DNA from: Cenarchaeum sp. | GTDB lineage: Archaea > Thermoproteota > Nitrososphaeria > Nitrososphaerales > Nitrosopumilaceae | Direction of reading: 5' to 3' | Length of the DNA: 64,000 nucleotides | Assembly: GCA_965212015.1 (NCBI GenBank) | Contig: OZ243037.1 | Span: 672,001-736,000, forward strand | Shown here: positions 55,663-64,000 of the stretch, in pieces | Layout of the letters: each line of letters opens with the position of its first letter | Numbering within the stretch: position 1 is the first letter of the stretch | Position numbers and translations under genes: made by a program | The notes under the pieces: generated by a model | Seen by the model: only the letters and a program-made list of their open reading frames with translations | Databases searched by the model: none | Told to the model about the DNA's origin: nothing

Positions 55663-57780
55663 ATGACTTTTGCCACACAGGTGTTCGAGGATACGATTGG
55701 TACTGACCACGGGGTCATTACGGAGGAGGCGGCAAAAAAAATTCTAAAATCATACGGCATCAAGGTTCCCGGATACGCCCTGGTCCGGTCCGCAAACGAT
55801 GCCGCAATACAGGCAAAAAAGCTCGGATTTCCGCTGGTAATGAAGATAGTATCGCCGCAGATACTCCACAAGACTGACGTGGGCGGAGTCAAGGTGGGGC
55901 TGACTAACGTGGGCGATGTCAAAAAAACATTCAACGACATGCACGGCCGGCTCTCAGGGAAAAAGGGGGTCGACATTAAGGGAATTTTGCTAGAAAAAAT
56001 GGTCCCAAAGGACGACGCCGTCGAGCTCATAGTAGGACTGCAAAACGATCCGCAGTTCGGGCCCGTAATGATGGTCGGAATGGGGGGGATTCTGACTGAG
56101 ATAATGCGCGACGTGGCCTTTAGGATGCTGCCGATAACTGCGGGCGATGCAAAGTCCATGCTAAACGAGCTAAAGGCCTCAAAGATGTTCCGCGGGTTCC
56201 GCGGAAGCAAGCCCATTGATCTTGGCATGGTGGCAAAGGCGCTTGTGCAGATTGGCAAGCTCGGAGTGGATCACGCAAGCCATTTTGACAGCATTGACTT
56301 TAACCCCGTCATCGTGTACCCAAAGACCTACGCCGTAGTAGATGCAAAAATCATACTGAGAAAGGAGATAAAAAAGGACGCAATATCCAGGGCCAGGCCG
56401 GACATTTCACACATGGAAAAATTCTTTACGCCAAAATCAGTAGCACTAGTCGGCGCGTCTGCCACGCCAGGCAAGATTGGCCACTCTGTGCTCGACGCAC
56501 TTGGAAAGCAGGACTATAAGGGAAAGGTGTATCCGATAAACCCGAAACAAAAAAGCATACTGGGGCTAAAGTGCCACCCCTCGATTGCCGCAGTTCCCGG
56601 CAAGGTGGATCTGGTGGTGGTGTGCGTCGATCTGTCGGTGACACCGCAGGTGCTCAAAGAGTGCGCAAAAAAAGGCATCCACAGCGTGGTGATCATCTCC
56701 GGCGGCGGCAAGGAGCTTGGGGGCGAGCGCGCAGCATACGAGGCGGAAATAAAGAGGCTTTCAGCAGTGCATAAAATCAGGATTATCGGGCCCAACTGCA
56801 TCGGAATGTTCAACGCGGCAAACAGGCTGGACTGTGCGTTTCAGGGCCGGGACAAGATGGTCCGCGCAAAGCTCGGGCCGGTCGCGTTTCTCTCCCAGAG
56901 CGGCACGATGGGAATAAGCTTTCTAGAGACGGCCGACTCGTTTGGACTATCAAAGATGGTAAGCTATGGCAACCGCTCTGACGTAGACGAGGCCGACATG
57001 ATATGGTACCTTGCAAACGACCCGCAGACAAGGGTGATTGCACTGTACGTGGAGGGCTTTGGCGACGGGCGAAAGTTCATCAATACTGCCAAAAGGGTGA
57101 TGAAGGAAAGAAAAAAGCCCATCATAGTGTGGAAGAGCGGGCGCTCTGTGGCAGGCGCAAAGCAGGCAGCCTCGCACACCGGCTCGCTGGGCGGCTCAAA
57201 TGCGATAATCATGGGCGCATTCAGGCAGGCCGGGATAATCTCAGTGGACAGCTATCAGGAGCTTGCCGCCGTAAGCAAGGCGCTTGCATGGCAGCCCAAG
57301 GCCAAGGGCAACAGGTGCGCCCTGTGTAGCAACGGCGCAGGGCCGATGATCGGCGGCATAGACCACTTTGAGAGGCTCGGACTGTCGCTGGCAAAGGTCA
57401 CAGCACAGACCAGAACCAGGATGACAAGCCACTTTCCAAAGACCTATGTGATAGGAAAGGGCAATCCGGCAGACGTTACCGGCGGCGCGAATGCAGACGA
57501 CTATAGGTTCACGATTCAGGCGTTCATGGATGATCCCAACGTGGATATCGTAATGCCGTGGTTTGTATTCCAGGACGATCCGCTGGAGGAGGACGCAATC
57601 ATTGCGCATTTGAGTGCGTTTGCAAAAAAGCGCAAAAAACCGCTTTTGGTTGGCGGCAACGGGGGGCCGTATACGCAGAGAATCTCGCGGCTCATCGAGG
57701 CCAAGGGCGTTCCGGTGTATGACGATCTTCGGGACTGGGTTGCCGCAGCGTCTGCGCTTGCACAGTGGGGAAAAGCCTAA
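55663..57780 (+). CDS. 3-hydroxypropionate--CoA ligase (ADP-forming), 3HP/4HB cycle
   Basis: N-terminal ATP-grasp ([21 protein letters not shown]) fused to CoA-binding alpha chain (GPNCIG, SQSG, SHTG); next to the dehydratase as in Nitrosopumilus. Confidence 0.85.
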   Translation: MTFATQVFEDTIGTDHGVITEEAAKKILKSYGIKVPGYALVRSANDAAIQAKKLGFPLVMKIVSPQILHKTDVGGVKVGLTNVGDVKKTFNDMHGRLSGKKGVDIKGILLEKMVPKDDAVELIVGLQNDPQFGPVMMVGMGGILTEIMRDVAFRMLPITAGDAKSMLNELKASKMFRGFRGSKPIDLGMVAKALVQIGKLGVDHASHFDSIDFNPVIVYPKTYAVVDAKIILRKEIKKDAISRARPDISHMEKFFTPKSVALVGASATPGKIGHSVLDALGKQDYKGKVYPINPKQKSILGLKCHPSIAAVPGKVDLVVVCVDLSVTPQVLKECAKKGIHSVVIISGGGKELGGERAAYEAEIKRLSAVHKIRIIGPNCIGMFNAANRLDCAFQGRDKMVRAKLGPVAFLSQSGTMGISFLETADSFGLSKMVSYGNRSDVDEADMIWYLANDPQTRVIALYVEGFGDGRKFINTAKRVMKERKKPIIVWKSGRSVAGAKQAASHTGSLGGSNAIIMGAFRQAGIISVDSYQELAAVSKALAWQPKAKGNRCALCSNGAGPMIGGIDHFERLGLSLAKVTAQTRTRMTSHFPKTYVIGKGNPADVTGGANADDYRFTIQAFMDDPNVDIVMPWFVFQDDPLEEDAIIAHLSAFAKKRKKPLLVGGNGGPYTQRISRLIEAKGVPVYDDLRDWVAAASALAQWGKA

Positions 57781-57825
57781 CAAGTCCCGTTACATCTTTA
57801 AGTCGGGATTTTTCAGTGTCTAGCA

Positions 57826-58587
57826 ATGTCGCTTGTCACCACGTCAGTTACCGAGGGAATATGCACCGTGCGCATCAACAGGCCCGACAAGCTAAACGCA
57901 ATGAACATAGACGTGGCACACCAGCTTGTAAAGACGTTCGAGGATTTGGGGAAAAAGGACGACGTTCAGGCAATCATACTTACGGGCGAGGGCGAAAAGG
58001 CGTTTTCTGCCGGGGCAGACATTGAATACATGTCAAAGATCTCACCGGACGAGTCAGTCGAGTATGCAAAGCTCGGCCAGCTTGTCACTGCCACCATCGA
58101 GCTGGTAAGGCAGCCGACGATTGCCGCGATAAACGGCTTTGCGCTAGGCGGCGGATGCGAAGTGGCAATGTCCTGCGACATCAGGCTGGCAGCAGACACC
58201 GCAAAGATGGGGCAGCCCGAAGTCACAATCGGCATTCCACCCGGATGGGGCGGCACGCAGCGGCTGATGAGGATTGTCGGAATTGCAAAGGCCAAGGAGC
58301 TCGTTTACACCGGAAGGATAATCCGCGCAGACGAAGCCAGGGAGATCGGCCTGGTCAACCACGTTTTCCCGCTCGGCTCGCTGATGGAGGAGGCAGCAAA
58401 GATGGCACAGCAGATCGCCGCAAACTCTGCGATGGGCGTGCAAATGTCAAAAATATCAATCAACAAGGGCCGGAACGCCGATCTTGACACCGGACTGGGC
58501 ATCGAGCTGCTGGCTTGGAGAAACTGTTTTACGCACGGGGATCGCCAGCAGAGAATGACGGATTTTGTAAACAAGTCAAAAAAATAG
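57826..58587 (+). CDS. 3-hydroxypropionyl-CoA dehydratase / crotonyl-CoA hydratase (crotonase family)
   Basis: [43 protein letters not shown]. Confidence 0.9.
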   Translation: MSLVTTSVTEGICTVRINRPDKLNAMNIDVAHQLVKTFEDLGKKDDVQAIILTGEGEKAFSAGADIEYMSKISPDESVEYAKLGQLVTATIELVRQPTIAAINGFALGGGCEVAMSCDIRLAADTAKMGQPEVTIGIPPGWGGTQRLMRIVGIAKAKELVYTGRIIRADEAREIGLVNHVFPLGSLMEEAAKMAQQIAANSAMGVQMSKISINKGRNADLDTGLGIELLAWRNCFTHGDRQQRMTDFVNKSKK

Positions 58588-58666
58588 CCCTACGTTGCAG
58601 CGCAGGGCACGGCTAGGCCGGCCGCACTAGTAAGCTTATTATAATTTGAACTGTTCGTTTTTAATC

Positions 58667-59017
58667 ATGGCAACAGAACAGACAGAAAAAATGGTGAGTA
58701 TCACGCCAAAGGCGGCCGAAAAAATCAAAGAGTTTATGGCCGAAGAGGCAGAAAAGCCACAATTTCTCAGGGTCTATGTGCAGGGCGGCGGATGTTCCGG
58801 GCTCTCATACGGCATGGGATTTGAAAAGGCAGCAGAGGAGGACGACACTGTCATCGAGGAGAGCGGCGTAAAACTGCTAGTTGACAGCTATAGCCAGGAT
58901 CACCTAAAGGGTGCCAATGTTGACTATATCGAGAGCCTGATGGGTTCTGGATTCAAGATCAACAATCCCAACGTTACAAAGTCGTGCTCTTGCGGCAGCT
59001 CGTTTAGCACAGAGTAA
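58667..59017 (+). CDS. erpA: Fe-S cluster carrier, HesB/IscA/ErpA family
   Basis: GGGCSGLSY, NPN, CSCGSSF. Confidence 0.92.
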   Translation: MATEQTEKMVSITPKAAEKIKEFMAEEAEKPQFLRVYVQGGGCSGLSYGMGFEKAAEEDDTVIEESGVKLLVDSYSQDHLKGANVDYIESLMGSGFKINNPNVTKSCSCGSSFSTE

Positions 59018-59206
59018 CAATCCATATTTTTAGACCCCCGATTCAGGGGAGGCCTATGCACGGCTTTTTGGGCAAAACAGGCGGTTTTGGCCCTCCCGTG
59101 CCTGAAATACGCCTGTGACCGGACATTCCGGCACGCGGCAAGTCGATAAGCAAATATAGCTAAAGATTACCAGTAAACCCATGTTAGTCAAGGAGATGAT
59201 AGAATA

Positions 59207-60349
59207 TTGCCACAATCAGGAATTGTCAAATATCACGTTAAACTTTCCTACGAAGTTGATGGGCTTGTTGAACGCGCAGATATAATCGGCGCAATCTTTG
59301 GGCAGACTGAGGGACTCTTGGGCCCAGAGATGAATCTAAACGAGCTCCAGAGGGTATCCAAGGTGGGCAGGATTGCCGTAAATGCAAAATCGACTGCCAG
59401 CACCACCGGCGGCGACGCGCTGATTCCGATGAGCACCGATATCGACACGTGCGCGCTGATTGCGGCTGCCATCGAGAGCATAGACAAGGTGGGCCCGTTT
59501 GACTGCAAGTTTCATCTTGACGGCATCGATGACGTGCGTGCGGCAAAAAAAGACGACATTGTAAGGCGCGCAAAAGAGATCAAGCAGAAATGGGCGACAA
59601 AGACTGTCAGCGAGGGCGACACGATGCTAAAGGACGTCCACGAGGGCAACACGGGAAGACTCCAGACGTACGGCAAGTCAAAGCTGCCGTGCAGCTCAGG
59701 CCTGTACGACTCGCCGTGGATAATCCTGGTGGAGGGAAGGGCCGACATCATAAACCTGCTGAGGGCAGGATACGACAATGCAGTTGCAATCGAGGGCGCA
59801 AGGATTGACGAGTCGATAAAGGAGCTGTGCCGCACAAAGGACTGCGTGGTTGCGTTTTTGGACGGCGACAGGGCCGGAGGATTCATTCTCAAGGAATTAA
59901 AATCAATGGTAAACATCGACTATGAGCTGCGCGCGGATCCGACCGTCGAGGTAGAAGAGATGACCCCGCAGAGAATCTCCGAAATCCTCGGACCGGTTGC
60001 CGACGAGATAAAAAAGGAATCCGAATCCGCAACGCTGCAAAACCAGGACGACAAGCCGATTGCCGAGCTTGTCACAAAGCTGTTCCCGGATCTCAACGAG
60101 ACGCTAGACGCAATGGCGCTAGACGAGGAACAAAAGGAGATATTCAGGGTTCCAATCAGCGAGCTTGTAAGCAAGCTGTCCGGCCAGTCCGGGATCAAAT
60201 ATTTGATTCTTGACGGAATAATCACGCAGAGGCTCTTGGAGGGCGCAAAAAAGGCCGGAATAGACAGCATAGTCGGACACAGGATGACCAAACTCATAAG
60301 CACCGACGGCATGACACTGCGGACGTTCGGCGAGCTTGGCGTGTCCTAG
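59207..60349 (+). CDS. dnaG: Archaeal DnaG (TOPRIM, exosome-associated)
   Basis: GAIFGQTEGLLG, VEGRAD, DGDRAG, DGIITQRL. Confidence 0.95.
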   Translation: MPQSGIVKYHVKLSYEVDGLVERADIIGAIFGQTEGLLGPEMNLNELQRVSKVGRIAVNAKSTASTTGGDALIPMSTDIDTCALIAAAIESIDKVGPFDCKFHLDGIDDVRAAKKDDIVRRAKEIKQKWATKTVSEGDTMLKDVHEGNTGRLQTYGKSKLPCSSGLYDSPWIILVEGRADIINLLRAGYDNAVAIEGARIDESIKELCRTKDCVVAFLDGDRAGGFILKELKSMVNIDYELRADPTVEVEEMTPQRISEILGPVADEIKKESESATLQNQDDKPIAELVTKLFPDLNETLDAMALDEEQKEIFRVPISELVSKLSGQSGIKYLILDGIITQRLLEGAKKAGIDSIVGHRMTKLISTDGMTLRTFGELGVS

Positions 60350-60354
60350 GATTT

Positions 60355-61032
60355 ATGTCCGATCTTAAAATCCAGCACCTTTTGACTCTGGCATACCTGC
60401 TCTCCTGCGGGGCAAGGCACAACTTTGTACCGGTCACCACCTCGTCGCTTGGGCACAGCATCAAGAAATCACAGCAGGCCGCATCCAGACACCTGATGGA
60501 TCTTGAAAAGGACGGCTTTGTTGAGAGGATAATCAGCGGAAGAAACATCCTGGTCAAAATCACCGCAAAGGGATATTCCGAGATGGCGAGGATTTCGGGG
60601 ATACTGCAAAACAACCTCGACTCGCAGCCCTCCCATGCGGTCCTAAAGGGCACGCTCACATCCGGAATGGGCGAGGGGGCGTATTACATGTCCCTCAGGG
60701 GGTACACGAGGCAGTTCAAGGCAAAGATGGGATATGTCCCGTTTCCAGGCACCCTGAACGTGAGGCTTGATCAGGACTATGTCCACGCCATATCCCAGTT
60801 TGACTCGCTGGACGGCACGATGATCAGCGGGTTCTCTGACGGAAGGCGGACGTACGGGTGGGTAAAGTGCTTTGGGGGGACGCTCAACAAGAGGATCGAC
60901 TGCAACCTCATCCGGCTGGAGAGGACGCACCATGATCCGTCCATAATAGAGCTGATATCCGAAACTGGCATCCGCAGGGCGGCAAGGCTGAGGAACGGAT
61001 CAAGGATCACGATAAGGATTCCGATGGACTAG
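60355..61032 (+). CDS. ribK: CTP-dependent riboflavin kinase with N-terminal wHTH (RbkR-type)
   Basis: SQQAASRHL HTH; SGMGEGAYY, PFPGTLN, ERTHH, IELIS. Confidence 0.92.
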   Translation: MSDLKIQHLLTLAYLLSCGARHNFVPVTTSSLGHSIKKSQQAASRHLMDLEKDGFVERIISGRNILVKITAKGYSEMARISGILQNNLDSQPSHAVLKGTLTSGMGEGAYYMSLRGYTRQFKAKMGYVPFPGTLNVRLDQDYVHAISQFDSLDGTMISGFSDGRRTYGWVKCFGGTLNKRIDCNLIRLERTHHDPSIIELISETGIRRAARLRNGSRITIRIPMD

Positions 61033-62020
61033 GCTGCCTGCGCCTCATCCTGTATGCCATCTCTAGGAGCAGTCCTGCGCCCACTACAGCTGCTGCAATT
61101 ACGGTGGGAATGACAAAACCCTCTGGGGCTGCCTCAGAGGCGTGCTCTGCTGCCCTGATTGCGCCGTCCGGTACGCCCTCAAGGGACGGGACGGAATCCG
61201 CAATGTCCGGTTCTGCAGTGGCGGCATCTGCCTGAACCGATTTTTCCGCATGGTCTGGCGGACCGGGTGCGGATTCCACAGATACAGTCCCGCCTATCTG
61301 CTGTGACTCTACTGATTCATCCATCCTGTCTGATGCGTGCGGTGCGACGTCTGGCCGAACGTCGGAATCCCGCATCATACCCGTATCATAGGCGGCATCA
61401 TCCAGCTCTGCGCCGCCTTTGAGGGCAAGAGGCGGCGAGTGGGCATCTGGTGCTACGTCTGTGAATGCCTGCGATTCGGACTCGCCGGCGGGGCGCACAT
61501 TTGCCGGCTCGTCCAAAGACTCCGAGCCAGGCGCGACATTTGTCGTACCTGACACGCCATCTGACGCAGTGCCGGAGCTCTGAATTGCCGCCGAGCCCAG
61601 CCAGGCGGCCACCCCGGCGATTGCGATTCCTGCAAACCTATAGATGGTCTTAAACGATCTGATGAGCGACTTGCTGTTGAGTGCCTTTTCTGACACGCTT
61701 GAGGGCAGGATGACTATGGCAAACTTTGTGGCCCGGTAGCACTTCATGCCCTGCCCCCTTGTGTTGGGCCGGAGACTGGACACCTTGATTACATCGAGAT
61801 CCTGCATCTTGTTGAGGTGATAGATTACCAGCGGCAGGGAAAGGCCGGTTTTTTGCGCCAGCTGCGATGCGGTCTGCTCTTCTTTCATCAGGATCTGCAG
61901 TATGGCCCTGCTGGAATCGTTGGTGAGCAGCTCTCCGAACGACTTTATCTTTTCATCCTCCGTGGAAAAAATCCTCACGTTTTCCGTATTGTCCCTTTCC
62001 GTATTGCCGCCTGAATCCAT
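61007..62020 (-). CDS. Membrane-anchored ArsR/wHTH transcriptional regulator
   Basis: SSRAILQIL...TASQLAQKTGLSLPLVIYHLNKM HTH; TM AGIAIAGVAAWLG; acidic linker; C-terminal TM. Confidence 0.82.
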   Translation of the reverse strand: MDSGGNTERDNTENVRIFSTEDEKIKSFGELLTNDSSRAILQILMKEEQTASQLAQKTGLSLPLVIYHLNKMQDLDVIKVSSLRPNTRGQGMKCYRATKFAIVILPSSVSEKALNSKSLIRSFKTIYRFAGIAIAGVAAWLGSAAIQSSGTASDGVSGTTNVAPGSESLDEPANVRPAGESESQAFTDVAPDAHSPPLALKGGAELDDAAYDTGMMRDSDVRPDVAPHASDRMDESVESQQIGGTVSVESAPGPPDHAEKSVQADAATAEPDIADSVPSLEGVPDGAIRAAEHASEAAPEGFVIPTVIAAAVVGAGLLLEMAYRMRRRQPSPSESLS

Positions 62021-62108
62021 CCGTCCATACTGGCCTGCATCCGGGTAAAATTGATTTGTATCTTGTTTTTTTGGCAACCTGGTGCATCCGTACGCGGCAG
62101 TTAAAACG

Positions 62109-62134
62109 TTTGATTAAATCCCGGTTTAATCAAA
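62109..62134. promoter_or_regulatory. Perfect palindrome next to the TATA box of the beta-propeller gene
   Basis: TTTGATTAAA-N6-TTTAATCAAA followed by TTTATA at 62138. Confidence 0.65.
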
Positions 62135-62225
62135 GCCTTTATACAAAATTCACGCATGCTTGTGTATTGATTTCCAGACATTCCGGCATCCGTGCAGGCT
62201 TTGGGGACGCAGCAGGGAATAGCAG

Positions 62226-64000
62226 ATGAGCGCAAGCACATCTGCAATTCGCGCCGCAGTCATCATACTCGGCCTGTCTGCCGCAGTTGCAACCGTGCTG
62301 CTGTTTACCCACGCCGACACCGAGACGGCAGTACTGGTCTATCTCCCGCCCGCCACCATTGAGACTGATCCAAAAGCCGGGGATTTTCGCAAATTCACCT
62401 CCGTGCCGGAGCTTCGTGATTTTCTGAGCAGCTATGGATACCATGACTATCTGTTTGGGCGCGGGTTTGCGTACGGGTTTTCCTCCGGATTATTGACAGA
62501 CGAGGTGTTTACAGAAGGCGTGCGGATAGGAGCCCCGCCTAATTCCCAGAGTCTCGACGATGCAGTCATGTTTGAATCTGTGCCCCATGCCGCAGAATCC
62601 AGATCCGCCGATCCCGACTATTCCACCACCAACATACAGGTAAAAAACGTAGACGAGCCGGATTTCATAAAAAACGACGGGCAGTACATCTATGTATTGG
62701 CAGGCAGTGATCTGGTAATCATCAGGGCGCATCCGGCAGAGGACGCAGAGGTGACGTTCGAGTCGGACATGGATCCCAACGACCGCTATGTGGACATGTT
62801 TCTAAACCGGGACAGGCTGGCAGTGATGTACGAGGATTACGTCTACAAATCCGTCCCTATTGACGGCGACGAGAAAAGGACGTGGAGCACAAAGCATGTC
62901 GTGACAAACGTCCTGGTTTTTGATGTCGGCGACAGGAGCAATGCTATTGTGGTCGGGCACTATTCCGTCGACGGGGCGTACCATGACGCAAGAATGATAG
63001 GAAACCACGCATACATTATAACAAAAAACCACCTAAACGAGAATCCCGTGATTCCGCAGGTACGCGACATCGGCGAGGCCTCGCACGGCCGGATCCTGCT
63101 CGATACCGACGTGTACTATTTTGACGGCACCGAACGGCCGTCTGTAATGACTACCGTGTCTGCGATAGACGTCACGGGATCCGGAGACGGCGTCCATGCG
63201 CAGACGTACCTGCTCGGGGACAGCGACGTGATATACGTCTCTGAGGACAACCTGTATCTTACCATAGGGGCAGGCCAGCCGTCACCTGAGATCATATTTG
63301 AAAAGCTGCGGCTCAGCGGCGTTGTGGACGTGTTTGCAAGGCACTTTCCAGACGACGGCAAGCGCATACGGGACATTGCAACGGAGGATCTTGACGTGCA
63401 AGAAAAGCTGAGCGGGATATTTGAGATTATCAGGCAAAAACACGACGGCATGACGGCCGATATTGAGCAGAGCATGTGGGACTTTTACGCAGACTTGCAG
63501 TCAGGGCCGGCGCACACCATAGTCCACAAAATCGCGCTAGGCGGCGAGTCATTTGACTATGAGGCAAGCACGGAGGTTCCGGGCCTGGTCCTGAACCAGT
63601 TCTCGATGGACGAGCACGAGGGACTGTTCCGCATTGCCACGACCGTACAGCAGGGCCGGTCCGTGCACAACAACGTACACGTCCTGGGGCCGGATCTCAG
63701 GCTTGTGGGCAGCCTGGAGGGGATTGCCCCAGATGAGAGCATTTATTCTGCCAGGTTTGCAGGCGACAAGCTGTACCTGGTCACCTTTAGGCAGATTGAT
63801 CCGTTCTTTGTGATAGACCTGTCCGGCGGCGTGCCAAGAATACTCGGCGAGCTCAAGATACCGGGGTTTTCCAACTATCTTCACCCGTACGGCCAGGACA
63901 CCGTCATAGGAATAGGCCGTGACGGCGGCGTAAAGGTCGCCATGTTTGACATATCTGACTTTGATGACCCGAGGCTGAAAGACGAGGTGATAATCGGCGA
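62226..64000 (+). CDS. Secreted beta-propeller domain protein (Beta_propel type), runs off the window
   Basis: Manual translation: hydrophobic N-terminus, DYSTTNIQVKNVDEPDFIKNDG, LNQFSMDEH..FRIATT, ESIYSARF, YLVTFRQIDPFFVIDL, GELKIPGFSNYLHP. Confidence 0.9.
   Translation, partial: MSASTSAIRAAVIILGLSAAVATVLLFTHADTETAVLVYLPPATIETDPKAGDFRKFTSVPELRDFLSSYGYHDYLFGRGFAYGFSSGLLTDEVFTEGVRIGAPPNSQSLDDAVMFESVPHAAESRSADPDYSTTNIQVKNVDEPDFIKNDGQYIYVLAGSDLVIIRAHPAEDAEVTFESDMDPNDRYVDMFLNRDRLAVMYEDYVYKSVPIDGDEKRTWSTKHVVTNVLVFDVGDRSNAIVVGHYSVDGAYHDARMIGNHAYIITKNHLNENPVIPQVRDIGEASHGRILLDTDVYYFDGTERPSVMTTVSAIDVTGSGDGVHAQTYLLGDSDVIYVSEDNLYLTIGAGQPSPEIIFEKLRLSGVVDVFARHFPDDGKRIRDIATEDLDVQEKLSGIFEIIRQKHDGMTADIEQSMWDFYADLQSGPAHTIVHKIALGGESFDYEASTEVPGLVLNQFSMDEHEGLFRIATTVQQGRSVHNNVHVLGPDLRLVGSLEGIAPDESIYSARFAGDKLYLVTFRQIDPFFVIDLSGGVPRILGELKIPGFSNYLHPYGQDTVIGIGRDGGVKVAMFDISDFDDPRLKDEVIIG

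Overview
Gene-dense, mostly core chromosomal segment of an ammonia-oxidising archaeon (Thaumarchaeota/Nitrososphaerota, most likely Nitrosopumilaceae). The assignment rests on an ESCRT-III/CdvB gene, the exosome superoperon, archaeal ribosomal proteins, a stand-alone 5S rRNA, and the adjacent 3-hydroxypropionate-CoA ligase and 3-hydroxypropionyl-CoA dehydratase genes of the 3HP/4HB cycle. The DNA looks much more GC-rich than free-living Nitrosopumilus (judged by eye, not computed), which would fit a host-associated lineage such as a sponge symbiont; that is inference. I found no CRISPR array, tRNA, intact transposase or provirus. The main unexplained signals are: (1) a five-site GGTTACA array in the promoter of the cdvB paralogue; (2) a membrane-tethered wHTH regulator divergent from a beta-propeller surface protein, with a perfect palindrome beside the TATA box; (3) a tandem-SDR protein with malonyl-CoA-reductase-like motifs; (4) a convergent pair of tiny Cys/His-rich peptides and several other microproteins below the ORF-track cutoff; (5) a decayed AT-rich RelE-like toxin/Zn-ribbon pair with an inverted repeat over the start codon; (6) an AT-rich Fic gene with an operator-like palindrome; (7) a BirA-type operator in the biotin cluster; (8) dispersed GCCTGC..GCAGGC intergenic hairpins. 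All calls were made by eye from motifs and none was database-checked. Several start codons were trimmed relative to the ORF track.
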